Shown here: one piece after another, positions 40,351 through 53,564 of the stretch
Layout: each line of letters starts with the position of its first letter
How positions within the stretch are numbered: position 1 is the stretch's first letter
DNA from: Welwitschia mirabilis
Lineage: Eukaryota
Assembly: GCA_051453625.1 (NCBI GenBank)
Contig: JBOZIK010000001.1
Location: 3,863,390 to 3,922,640 of the forward strand
DNA length: 59,251 bases
Direction: 5' to 3'
The notes under the pieces: generated by a model
What the model was told of the DNA's origin: nothing
Seen by the model: the letters and a program-made list of their open reading frames with translations, nothing else
Database searches by the model: none
Made by a program: the position numbers and the translations under genes

Positions 40351-42320
40351 TTAAAAGTCCAATAATCTCTCCAAGCATAAAATTAAAAGATATAACGTTT
40401 ATAAAATAAATCTTCTCAATCCTTTGAACAACAAGCATAAGAGAAATTAAATTGTCTAGTACAGTAGTGCCATATTCATAACTTGCCTCTAAACACTAAA
40501 GACAACATCATGGAAGGTTGAGACATGTAAGAATATGTGAATAAGGTCTAAATTTGTGTATATGATAATACTCAAGGATCTTATGAAGAAGTCCTAAAAT
40601 GATTATAGTATATCAAAAACCATTTTAGGATAAAGAATGTTGACAATAATTTACATAGTTGATAGGTGGCAATGTTTCTTATTAGAGATACCACAACTTG
40701 GTGGAGTTACCTTAGTGTAATAAGAAGTGATTGAATTGAATGGATATGGAGAAATTCAAAAAGGCTTTCATTTCTGATTACTTTACTAAGGATACAAGGA
40801 TGTAGTATAAATGTTTAAGACTAGGAAGAAAGAGTTCTGATAAACATTGGAGAAATTCTAAAAGTTAGCAAAGTTTCAAACATAGTAAGATTTAGAGGAA
40901 TTGTAAATGATTTTATTGATACTCATTTACCTTAACTACAAAATCTCTTTGGTTCACTATAGCCTGAGTCTTTATAGGAAGCATATAAAGAGACTAAATA
41001 TCATATGAAGATGGAATAAAAAGTTTTGATAACTTCTCAAATGGCAACCATAGTTATCCAATAAGTAAGACCACAAAATCCTCAACTTCATCTATAGTCC
41101 AAAGTTTCAAGTCATGTAGTACTAATTTTCCATCATTTTCCACAATAAAGAAAGTTTTAATTAAATGGTATCATTATGATTAATTTAGCTTGAAAAGGAA
41201 ATACTTTATGAGTTTGAGTTATTCGAATTCATTTGTGAATAATGATGGAAACTAATGAACTCTTTTCTAATGTAGAGAAGTATGATGAGGATGAATATTT
41301 CAAAGTTAAAACATACCTAGCAACAAAATTCTCTCATGAAAGAATCAAATTTTGAGGATGAATAGCAAGCCTAAGGTAGGGAGTTGGTAATAATCCCAAG
41401 ACCCTTTTTTATGAATTTTCATCTATTATAATAATTCTATTATTTATTAAATAAATTGTTAAACATTGTAGTGATTGTTTAAGGGGTATAACCCTTATAG
41501 AATAACTATTTTGAAGAGTCACATCATTTCATCATTATTAAATAAGATGTTTGGAAAAGCCATGGGCATGCATGTGATTTTCATAGGGGTATATTAAGTT
41601 CTTGACAAGCTAGTCTAATCCTATAGTGGTTCCATAGACTAGACCTTAAAAGTAGTATGATCTAGTTGAGTTGTTTTACCATGGCCTTACATTTGGAATA
41701 AGTGAAACCACAAGTCTTATTGTGGAGTTTCATTTAATAAGGATGAGTACTTTATTTTCTTTGGTCTAAAGTATTTTCATTTATTTTAATAATATATAAT
41801 TATTACTAGTTTTTAACTGATATTCCCATTTACTATTAAAACCCTTCTTGGTTTAATTTTTATAAATAAAATTGAGAATGTTACGCTTGTACTGTTTTTG
41901 AAACACATGAATTATTTTGTGCTATTGTATGATTTTCATACCAAGGTAATGATGTGTTCCACTTATAGTTAATAATTCAAAGTTCCATGCCAAAAGATTC
42001 TTCAAATATGATAACACTTCTTCATTTACACATGTTACATCATCCACATGGAAGGCTATATAGAGTTTAGGACCTATTTTATTTAACTTCATAATAAAAT
42101 TTATTCATGGGACTAGTTTTCAAAGTTATTATCTAATTGGAATTTGTTTAGCACATATTTCTAAACTATAGGTAATTGTTTCAACCCATTTAATGACTTG
42201 ATTAATTTATTTAGAGTTTTGAAACTAACTTCAAAAACTTCTGATTTCTCCATATAGATTACAAAACCAAGTGTCCCATAGGAAAAGACATAATTTACAT
42301 CAATTTGATAAAGATTTTAA

Positions 42321-45000
42321 TACTACAAGAAATATAGGCTTTTAAGGTGTTTCTTCATAAAATGCTTTAAAAAACCTCGCCTTAAATGCCAATAGGCTTT
42401 AAGGAGTTTAGATATAAATGCCTTAAAATGCCTTTTGAGGTGTTTTTTCAAGAAATGCCAAAAGGCCTTTTATAGCATTTCTTTAAAAAATGCCTCAAAC
42501 TTTAAAAAATACCTCAAAAGACCTTTTGAGGTGTTTTTTAAAGAAATGCCTTTTAAGGTGCTCAATTCTGTAAATGTCTCGAAAACAATTTTGAGGCATT
42601 TATTCAAATAAATGTCTCAAAAGGTGTCACTTGGGAAAAAAAATTATAAATCCATTTTGATAACTAGATTTAAGATGATGATCTTCTTTGACACATGANN
42701 NNNNNNNNNNNNNNNNNNNNNNNNNNNNNNNNNNNNNNNNNNNNNNNNNNNNNNNNNNNNNNNNNNNNNNNNNNNNNNNNNNNNNNNNNNNNNNNNNNTA
42801 AGACGATGATCTTCTTTGACACATGATTGCCATCTCTTGATGATGCTCTTATCATATCAAGTCTTCCTTCTCATAGTAAGAATAACATATCCAAATTAAG
42901 GAGAAGTTATCTAATGATTATTGAAGCTTTTAATAACAAAACAAATTGCAAATACAGTTATGAAAGTACATGTCATATCAGAATGCTAATTATTATTTTC
43001 TTTACAATGAGATGTGCTCGATTCTTTTAGCCATGATAACCAACACAGATTATAATTTTTATAATTCTATTGAAAAACATGAGTATGCATTGTCTACAAG
43101 TAAGGGTTGAATTATTGAAATCTCTTAGCCTCTGTGATGAGTAAATTGATAAGATTATTTTTGTCATAGTAGAAATAGTTTAATGATTTTCATTTGTAGC
43201 ATTTTTTCCACCAGTTCCTCCTCCTATTCTCTCACAAAACCCTTTTTACCATTTTTTTAATTCTTGTCTTCCTCTACTACTTTAGTGATGCCATCTGAAT
43301 TCTATTCGCAAAATCCTAATAGATGCATCTACTCCTTAGTGCTGCACTCATAGGTTTGATAAGTTCCTAGGCCATCTATTTTAAAGATGTATCCAGTTTA
43401 TTCCTAGACTCGATGCATTTTGGTGTCCATTTTGTGATACACTTTTTATGAGCTAAATTGCAATGGTTTTTTTGCGTTATCATCCTAATGTCCTATTGTC
43501 TTCACAGCATTCAATGGTGGCATCGTTCACTTCTACCACAGCATAATATGGCATTCTCATTACCAAAAAAATCTCTTAGTGAAGTCAACTCCACATACAT
43601 AATTATTGATAAGGACAATGCCATCTATGTGCACTTGTTCCTTCTAGTAGTGCTAGATGATGTAAGGATGTTATTGCATTTCTAGATGCATAACCCTGTG
43701 TACGCATTCAATGTTACTTCAATAGAGGAGGAGCATTGATACTATTATGTATGAATTCTATGAAGTATCTCTATCTGCATGATTCTCTTAGATTCCATCA
43801 ACTTCCNNNNNNNNNNNNNNNNNNNNNNNNNNNNNNNNNNNNNNNNNNNNNNNNNNNNNNNNNNNNNNNNNNNNNNNNNNNNNNNNNNNNNNNNNNNNNN
43901 NNNNNNNNNNNNNNNNNNNNNNNNNNNNNNNNNNNNNNNNNNNNNNNNNNNNNNNNNNNNNNNNNNNNNNNNNNNNNNNNNNNNNNNNNNNNNNNNNNNN
44001 NNNNNNNNNNNNNNNNNNNNNNNNNNNNNNNNNNNNNNNNNNNNNNNNNNNNNNNNNNNNNNNNNNNNNNNNNNNNNNNNNNNNNNNNNNNNNNNNNNNN
44101 NNNNNNNNNNNNNNNNNNNNNNNNNNNNNNNNNNNNNNNNNNNNNNNNNNNNNNNNNNNNNNNNNNNNNNNNNNNNNNNNNNNNNNNNNNNNNNNNNNNN
44201 NNNNNNNNNNNNNNNNNNNNNNNNNNNNNNNNNNNNNNNNNNNNNNNNNNNNNNNNNNNNNNNNNNNNGCATTCAATGTCACTTCAATAGAGGAGGAGAA
44301 TTGACACTATTATGTATGAATTCTATGAAGTAGCTCTATCCGCATGATTCTCTTAGATTCCATCAACTTCCATTTGCAATTGTAGCCAAACTGCTTCACT
44401 GCCAAGCAATTGCTTCATTATCAAACCCGTTAACATATTTCTTTCAATGTTTAAAAATATGTGGGAATCTTAGATTTCATGCTTGGTGTTATCATATATG
44501 GATTAAAATAGTATAACCTGATGTCACTCTATGTGATTGTGGTTATTCAATAATCTACTCTAAAGTATTTTTCTAACGTGTTTTTAGAGAATGCATTTTT
44601 TGCTCCATCACCAGGATTTCATAAACAATATTATTACAAAAAGGAATATAATCACATAAGCATCACTGCAAATGAGTCACAGGTTCTATAAGCACATTGA
44701 AACACTGTACAGGTTACCAACAACTTAGTGACATACAACTAGTAAATATGGCTTAGGTTCAACCCTTGACAAGTAGTAGGAAAGACCCACTATTTCTTCA
44801 TTTCAGTAGTACATATAAAAGGATCCTTTACCAAATATATCATTGACTTTTTTTTTCCTTGACTAGTAGCACTCAATTTGCCAAAATTTCTTTCCATTTT
44901 GTGCACAATCACTAACATGTCAGAAACACAAGAGTTTCACATTATGGAGATAAGGACAACACGTGCAGTATGCAAGTTTTAAAACTAAAGATCCTTTGGA
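42321..45000 (-). mobile_element. CACTA (En/Spm) transposon end with decayed transposase (TnpD-type) sequence
   Basis: TIR tACTACAAGAAA at 42321-42332, followed by ~300 bp of direct and inverted subterminal repeats (aaatgcctcaaa / ttttgaggcattt). Minus-strand LHHLALLEGTSAHRWHCPY at ~43667-43610 resembles DUF4218 HL..LGGPVxxRWMYP. The other end was not found. Confidence 0.65.
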
Positions 45001-47027
45001 GGTGAGGTAGTACAAGCTTAAACTATCAACTAGTTTGAATTCCTAGCATGATATAGGTCCTTGCATTTCTTTGAATTGCACCATGAGGACAAAAGAGCAA
45101 GTGATAGCTAGTGGTAGTTGTCATTGTAGAGAAANNNNNNNNNNNNNNNNNNNNNNNNNNNNNNNNNNNNNNNNNNNNNNNNNNNNNNNNNNNNNNNNNN
45201 NNNNNNNNNNNNNNNNNNNNNNNNNNNNNNNNNNNNNNNNNNNNNNNNNNNNNNNNNNNNNNNNNNNNNNNNNNNNNNNNNNNNNNNNNNNNNNNNNNNN
45301 NNNNNNNNNNNNNNNNNNNNNNNNNNNNNNNNNNNNNNNNNNNNNNNNNNNNNNNNNNNNNNNNNNNNNCATCATTTCTAAATATCAAATAAAATTGTTA
45401 CTAATGTTTTATAGACAGTATATTAGTTGAATGTAACTTTTGAATTTTGAGAGAATAAAATTACTTTTATTAAAAAAAACTCTATTGGTTTTCTCCCCAT
45501 TTGATGACAACACATCTTACTAACATAGCTTAAAAGGATCTATGAACATCTCAACCATTTAATATAAGCTGGGTCAGATTTTTGATCCTATATTCTTATT
45601 GGTCTTTGTTTGGCTTGACACATCATTTCTCATAATTATTACTTATTTTCTAATAATAAATTATATTCTCTCATGATTTTCATTGATCCTTTGGATCTTG
45701 CCACATCAATTTGAAACTATAACTAAGTAAGTAAGAAACTCTCATTGAAATATTTTTTATATCTCTTTAGCTCATGAAGGTTGTATTTGTGTAGCATTAA
45801 TGTGGTTAAACAATTTCAATTTGTTAGAGGATTCTAGCTTGACACTTTTAACTAGAGATTTCAAATCACTAACATTCCCAAAGTAAACAGATAACAATGT
45901 TTTAGAAGTTTAGAAGGATCCCCATAAGAGCTAGAAGGAAGCATTTAGCATCCAACATGTCTTGATTGTTAGTAAAGACAATAAATGGAGTCCAAATTCT
46001 TGGTGGAAAATCACACTCACCACTTTTTTTTTTTTTTTTTTGCCAATGCCTATTGTATAATAGGCATAAATACTCATCATCCAGAGTAGAGAGAGACAGG
46101 GACATAACTCTTTATCAAGTCTACATTCCTATTGGTCATATGTGGAAGTATCGGTTCCAGTTTTAAAAAGAGTATAATGTCCATAACATTGAAAACTTTA
46201 TGTTAATAAAAGAAAAGGGAAAGTGACTATGGAAGTGGCTATGATCAAACCAGATCTTTAAAGTGGAACTTTTCACTGGTGCTTCAAAGGAGTTGAAGTC
46301 TTACCATTAGTATCCTTACAGATGTAGAAGCAGAGAATATTTTTGAGCTTCACCAAATGGACTAAGCTGCTTTATCAAAATATAGAAGAATAGATGAAAA
46401 GACCGGATGCACTCTAACACGAAGTGGAAATAGAAGTAGAGATATGGTGGAAATGAAGAGGAAGTTCTAATAGATTTACAGTTAAATGTAAGCTTTGCAT
46501 GTAATTTTTTGATCTGTGATCTTCAATGTTCATCCATTTCCTTAACATACTAATCATAAAAATCATACAAATGATTCTGTAATGCAATTTTCCACTTTGT
46601 CTTTCCTCTTTTTTTTATTTTTTTTAAATGATAAATCTATTAAAACTATAAATAAGCATTTTCTAGTATTTTCTCACATTTTCATGGTAGTCTCATTAGT
46701 TGTAGATAAATCCCTAAAAATGAGCATTTTCTATTCTTTAATTTTAAGCAGACTATCAAAGAAAACAGTTAAATTGATGCAACAACATCCAATGGTAAAT
46801 CCTATGAAATAAATTTACAATTTTTTAACAACCAGATATGAGCTTTCACTAAACAAGAGAGAAAAGGCATGCCATGAAAAGCTGCTATCAGAAGAAAATG
46901 TCAGAGCATGTAAAATAAACAAAAAGGAAGCCTTGGTCCATCTGCCAGAAAAAATGGAAATCCTCGTTTCAATGAAAGATGCATAAAAAGAAGCTAGATG
47001 AGGAATTACCACCTGCGAATGTCTTAG

Positions 47028-50000
47028 TGTTAGGTGTGGCTCAAAGCAAGCAAACCTTCAGAAGCACAAAAGGGTAACTACACAGAAGACCATGTGTCCA
47101 CCCACGGTTTTCAGACGTTACCCTGTCACAGGGACTGGACCTCCACGGAAGGCACCTCGGCATTACTTTTCTCACATTCAAGTGCCATTCTTTTGATACC
47201 TTTTCAGCGAGTTATTACGTTTAGTTACTGCCCCTTTGATGCTCTCTTCTCTGTGCGCTTGGCTCTTTTGCCTGTGCGTTTGATCTTGTGGTTTATCTGG
47301 CATTGTTTCTCATGCCCCTCAGAGTGCCTCTTTGCCGGCTTGCATAGCACCCGCTTTTTACCTGATTTGCCTTATGTCTATATGTGCGCTCTCCATCTGC
47401 GCCTGCACTATAGTCTGCCTTGCGTTCTGCCTGCATGTGCCTGGTTTTTTTTGCCTGCATAACAGTCATCTGCTCAACACTCTTAGCCGGCTCACGACAT
47501 CTGCCTGCACCGCGCTCTTGCATCACTACGACTGCACTTCTGCATCGTCTGCATTGCTATCCGATGTGGTTCTTTTCCTATCGCAGCGTGTCTCTATACA
47601 CTGCTTGTGACTCCATCTGCATTCTGCGCCCGTGCATACTATGCATCTATTGCATGCTACACTGTCTGCACAGACTTACCGCACACGCCTGCACCAACTC
47701 TCACTGACTCTCGCTGCGCACGTCTGTTTCTTTTACGTCTACTTGCGCCTCTGTTAGCGCCTTGCATTTGTGCCTCCGCTCTTCTCTTAGCTCCTCACCT
47801 ACATCGTTATGCACCACCTGCGCCCATGCTCTGTGACTGCACCTATCATATACCTCACGCAGTTTTCTCTGTGAGCACGGTGGCCTTGCCTTTCATCTTT
47901 CAGCTCTTCGCCAGCTACTCTGTGTGCCGCTTGCCATAGCAGTCTCTGCGCCTTTGCTATTCGACATTTGTTTTTTTTTAGTGCCTAGGCATTACATTAA
48001 AAATATTTTGTTTTTGGCGTCTCTACATGTGGGCATTAAATCAAAACACTATACAATAGTTTTGTTTATTATTAAAAATATTTTTTTTGGTTTCTTTTAG
48101 GTTTTTAATCTCTGTATTGTGTATCAGCCCAACAAGTGGTATTAGAGCCTTAGTGATCCCCTTGGCAGTCAACGATGTCAACTATTACTAAATTTGACAT
48201 CAAAAAATTTCATGGAAAACTTAGCATTTCTATTGGACGAGTTCAGATGAAGGCTGTTCTTACTCAAAAACAACTTAAATAAGGCTTTGGATGGTAAATC
48301 AAAGAAGCCAGATATCATGTCCGATAAGCAATGGGACAAGTTAGATGAGAAGGCTCTATCAGCCATCCAGTTATGCTTATCCAAGGAGGTTCTTCGCGAG
48401 GTCATCAGTGAAACCACTACTATAGATCTATGGTTGAAATTAGAATCATTATACATAATGAAAAATCTCGTCAACAAGCTTTGGCTTAAGGAATGCTTGT
48501 TTACCATTCATATGGTTGAAGGTACTCCTATTTAAGCACATCTTAATGAGTTTAATTCAATTCTGATGGATTTAGAAAATATAGATGTGCAAATTGAAGA
48601 TGAAGATAAGGTTGTTTTGTTGGTTGTCTCTTTACCTTTTACCTATAGGCATTTTAAAGAAACTATGTTATATGGTGGTCTTGATACCTTATCATTTGAA
48701 GATGTTGAAGCTAATTTGTTATCCAAAGAAAAGTTTGATCTTCAAATTCACTCTAAAGATAAGGCTAAAGGTCTAATTATTAGGGATAAAAGTCAAGAAA
48801 ACGGTCATACTAGGAACTACAAGAAGTCTAGATCCAAGTCAAGAGGACGTAATTCAACAATAAAACCTGTTGATATTATAATAAATTAGAGAATGAAATT
48901 TCAGAATGTCATAAGTTGAAAAATAAATAAGAAAGAGAAGCAAAAAGGAAGCAACCTCAATACTTCTCTAAGGCTAGTATAGTTGAGACTGATTCTGAAG
49001 GTAATGTTTTGTTGTCTGTGTCTACTTCTGATAAGAGAAGTACATCTGAATGGATTCTTGACTCTAGCTATACATTTCATACTTGTCCTCATAGGGACTA
49101 GTTTACCACCTTTGAACTGGTACATACTGGTGTTGTCTTGATGGGTAATGATGCCCAGTGTAAGGTTAAGGAAATAGGTACTATTCAGATCAAAAGCTAT
49201 GATGGTATTGTTAGGACTCTATCTGAGGTACAATATGTTCCTAATCTTAAATGGAACTTAATTTCATTAGGTACTTTTAAATCTAATGGATGAAAATACG
49301 TAGCTGAAGGTGAAGTTCTGAAAGTTATTAAAGGTGCTCTTATTCTTTTAAAGGCTAATCGATGTGGTACTCTATATGTCTTGCAAGGTTCTACTATTAC
49401 ATGTTTNNNNNNNNNNNNNNNNNNNNNNNNNNNNNNNNNNNNNNNNNNNNNNNNNNNNNNNNNNNNNNNNNNNNNNNNNNNNNNNNNNNNNNNNNNNNNN
49501 NNNNNNTGAAACTTAATTTCATTAGGTACTCTTGAATCAAAAGGGTACAAATATGTAGCTAAAGGTGGAGTTCTCAAAATTATTAAAAATGCTCTTATTA
49601 TATTTAAGACTAATCGATGTGATAGACTATATGTCTTGCAAGGTTCTACTATTACATGTTTAGTAGCTGTTTCAACATCTATGCCTGATTCTCTCACCAC
49701 CCGATTATGGCACATGTGGCTAGGGCATATGAGTGAAAAGGGCATGCATATCCTAAGGAAGAAGGATCTACTATGTGGTTAACATATTAGTAAGTTAGAG
49801 TTTTATGAATATTGCATTTTTGGAAAAAAAAAGGGTTAGTTTATCTACTGCAACTTATCGTACTAAATGTATTCTGGATTATATTCACTTTAACTTGTGG
49901 GAACCTTCTAAGGTTCCTTCTATTGGTGGTCATTGTTTTATGATGACTATTATTAATGATTATTCTCGTAAAGTCTGGTTTTACTTTTTAAGGCATAAAA

Positions 50001-53000
50001 ATGAAGCATTTCCCATTTTCAAATGGTGGAAAATTCTTATTGAAAACCAGACTAGCAGGAAGGTCAAAAAACTCAGGACTAATAATGGGTTAGAGTTCTA
50101 TGTAAGAAAGAGTTTTGTAATAACAATAGAATTGCTAGACATAAGATATTGGTTGGAATGCCACAACAGAATGGTGTCGCAGAATGTATGAATGGGACAC
50201 TACTTGAAAGGGCTCATTATATGTTCTCCAATGCTTACTTATAGCATCAACAGGATTTGTCAGCTGAGGTAGTTTCTACACCCTATTACTTAGTTAACCG
50301 CTCTCCACATTCATCACTTGCTTTCAAAATTCTTGAAGAAATTTAGTCAGGTAATCCTATTGACTACTCTAATTTAAAAATATTTGAATGTCCTACTTAT
50401 GTACACGTAAATAATGGTAAATTAGCACCTAGAGCTATTAATGCATATTTCTTGGTTATGCATTCGAGTCTAAAGAATACCGTATGTGGTGCCCTGAGTT
50501 ATGTAAAGTGCTTCTCAGTAGAGATGTGACTTTTAATGAGGATGCTTTACTTACTCCTTAGAAAGATTCCATTCTTTCTTCTTCTTCTNNNNNNNNNNNN
50601 NNNNNNAAGACTAACAAACAGGTGGAGTTAGAAGTGATATCCTCTACACCTATTATTGTTAATCCCATTCCTTCTTCCTCTACAGAATCAAGCATAGATG
50701 ATAATACTCCTAGTACAATTGCACCTATTTAATCACAGTAGGATTATTTGATTGCCCAAGATCGTCTGAGGAGAATGATTAAAAAAACCTACTAGAGACA
50801 CTGATAATGATGATGATTTAGTAGCATATGTCTTTCTGTTACCTAAGAAATTTCTGAAGGTATTGAATCTTCATCTTACTTAGAAGCTGTTTCTTGTGCT
50901 GAATCATCTAAATGGTTAATGGCAATGAATGAAGAACTTGAAAGTCTCCATAAGAATACCACTTGGGATTTGTTTAAGCTTCCATTTGGTAAATGTCCTT
51001 TGAATTGTAAAAAAAAAGATAGCATCCTCGGGGTTGAAAATTCAAGGTGGAAAGCACATTTTGTTGTCAAAGGCTGCAACCAAAAAGAAGGTATTAATTT
51101 TCATGAAATTTTCTTATCTATTGTTCATCATACCTTTATTCATGTGCTACTTGCATTTGTTGTATTATTTGACATGGAGTTAGATCAACTTGATGTCAAA
51201 ACTAGTTTTCCACATAGAAAACTAGATGAAAAAATCTATATGAAGCAGCCTGAGGGTTTTGTAACTCCTAGAAAAGAACATTATGTTTATCATCTAAACA
51301 AGTTTTGATATGGCCTTAAGCAAGACTTAAGGTGGTGGTACAAGAGGTTTAATGCATTCATGATTAGACAAGGCTTTACAAAAAGTCAATATAACAACTA
51401 TGTTTACTACTAGCATTATCCTAATGAGTCTTTTGTGTACTTGATGTTTTACGTAGATGATATATTAATTGCTTCTCGCAACAAGTCTTTGATTTCTAGG
51501 TTGAAAGTTCAAATCAATATGGAGTTTAACATGAAAGACCTTAATGAGGCCTAAAAAATTCTTTGTATGGAAATTCAAAGAAACTGTCAAGCTAGTAAAT
51601 TGTTTCTTTCTCAAACAAAGTATATTGAGAGAGTGTGCTTAATCAGTTTAATATGTTGAACTATAAACCTAGTTCTACTGCCTTAGCTGTTTACTTCAAA
51701 TTGTTCTCTGACTATTGCCCTAAAACTAAAGAGGAGCTAGAATGCATGATAAATGTTCCATATTCTTGTGCAGTTAGTAGTTTAATGTATGATATAGTAT
51801 GTACTAGACCTGATCTTGCATATGCTATAAGTATGGTGAGTTGATATATGCATAATCCTAGAAAGGATCATTGGAATGCTGTCAAATGAATCCTTTATTA
51901 TTTGAAGGATTCTTCTAATTTAGGCTTAGTCTTCAATAAGAGCAAAGCCCTTTCTAACAATGTAGTTGGATTTATTGATTTTAATTATGGTGGTGATTTA
52001 GATAGGTGAAGATCTCTTTCAGGTTACATTTTTACTCTTTGTAATTCTGCCATCAGTTGGAAGGCTTCTCTTTAGTCCATTACTGTGTTATCTATAACTA
52101 AAGCAGAGTATGTTTCAGTAACTGAAGGTGTAAAGGAAGCTACATGACTGCAAAGTCTTGTTATTGAGCTAGGTGTACCACAAATGGTAACTGTTGTATT
52201 CTATGATAGCCAGAGTGCTATTTATCTTATCAAGAATAATATGTATCACTCGAAAACTAAGCACATTGATATCAAACGCCACTATATCAGAGATACTCTT
52301 TCTGCAGGAGCAATTATTATGCAAAAGATTCTTACTTCTAAAAATCCTATAGATATGTTAACTAAGCCTCTTCCTACTACCAAGTTTAAACATTGTTTGG
52401 ACTTAGTCGACATTTGTCAAATTTGACTCAAGGTGGAGATTGTTAGGTATGGCTCAAAGCGGGCATACTTTTAGAAGCACAAACGGATAGCTGCACAAAA
52501 TATCAGGTGTTCGCCCACAGTTTTCAGGCATCACCTTGTTTATATAACGTAAGGATTGGACCTCCACAAAAGGTACCTCGACATCACTTTTCTCACATCC
52601 TAGGTACCTCGACATCACTTTTCTCACATTCTTTTGATACCTTTTCGATGACTTATTACATGTAGTTACTTCCCCTTTAGTTCTTTATTCTCTGCACCTT
52701 TGGCTCTTCTGCTTGTGCGTTTGATCTTGTGGTTTATTTGGTGTTGTTTCTGATGCCTTTCAGAGTGCCTCTTTACTGCCTTGCATAGTGTCTGGTTTCT
52801 ATCTGCTTCGCCCTGCATCTATATATACACTCTCCATATGTGCCTACACCACGATCTGCCTTGCATTTTGCCCGTGCATGCGTGGTTGCTTCTGCCTGCA
52901 TGGCGATCGTCTGCTCATCGCTCTCGACCGGCTTACGACATTTGCCTACACCGTGCTCTCGCATTGCTACCATCGTGCTGCTGCGTTGTCTGCATTGCTA

Positions 53001-53564
53001 CCTGGCGTGGTTCTCTTCCTATCGCAACGTGTTTTTGCATGCCAATCGTGGCTCCATCCGCATTCTATACCCATGCATACTATGCATCTGTCGCATGCTG
53101 TGTTATCCACATAGACTCACTGCGCACGCCCGTGCTGACTTTTACCGACTCTTGCTGTGCACACCTATCTCTTTTGCATCTACCTATGTCTCTGTCAGTG
53201 CCCTGCATCTATGCCTCTGCTATTCTGTTAGCTCCTTACCTGTGTCATTATGCACTGCTTGCACCTGTGCATGGCCTGCACCACCTCGCATTCTCTGCAC
53301 CATCCGTTTGCTACACTAATCATCAGCCTGTGCCCAAGCTTTGCAACTACATCTATCACGTGCCTTCTACAAAAGTGGTTATCTTTGCATGCACAGTGGC
53401 CTTGCCTTTCATCTTTTAGCTCGCTGCCAGTTACTCTGTGTGCCACTTGTCATAGTAGCCTCTGCGCCTTTGCTATTCGACATTTGTTTTTTTTTTTTTT
53501 TTTAGCGCCTAGGCATTACATCAAAAATATTTTGTTTTTGGCACCTTTTCATGTGGGTATTAAA
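47028..53564 (+). mobile_element. Ty1/Copia LTR retrotransposon, Tork/Tnt1-like, decayed
   Basis: 5' LTR 47028-48134 (TGTTAGG...CCCAACA); PBS tggtattagagcc 48137-48149; gag-pol from 48175; PPT caaggtggagat ending at 52440; 3' LTR 52441-~53564, truncated. Confidence 0.95.
48175..52426 (+). pseudogene. Copia gag-protease-integrase-RT-RNase H, with stops and frameshifts
   Basis: Motifs MSTITKFDIKKFHGK, KALSAIQLCL, WILDSS, LWHMWLGHMSEKG, DYSRKVW, LRTNNGLEF, QLDVKTSF, FYVDDILI, TRPDLAYA, HSKTKHIDI. Confidence 0.93.

Larger units (their letters stand above)
37366..41885 (+). mobile_element. Non-autonomous Tekay-like LTR retrotransposon (two ~500-bp LTRs, gag remnant, no pol)
   Basis: LTRs 37366-37865 and ~41386-41885 align end to end (e.g. 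aaggggtataaccctta and aataaggatgagtacttttattttctttgg). Degenerate PBS tagcattagag at ~37868; PPT aaggtagggag at ~41373, after tttgaggatgaa. Flanks are ctcat/cttgt. Gag traces AMFLIRDTTTWW and EKFKKAFISDYF at 40670-40790. Confidence 0.85.

Noticed and set aside
43706..44371. Near-identical direct repeats flanking N gaps (also 26665-26880 and 42668-42826)
   Set aside because: The copies abut scaffold gaps, so they are most likely unmerged contig overlaps or collapsed tandem repeats. They cannot be treated as biological structure without reads.
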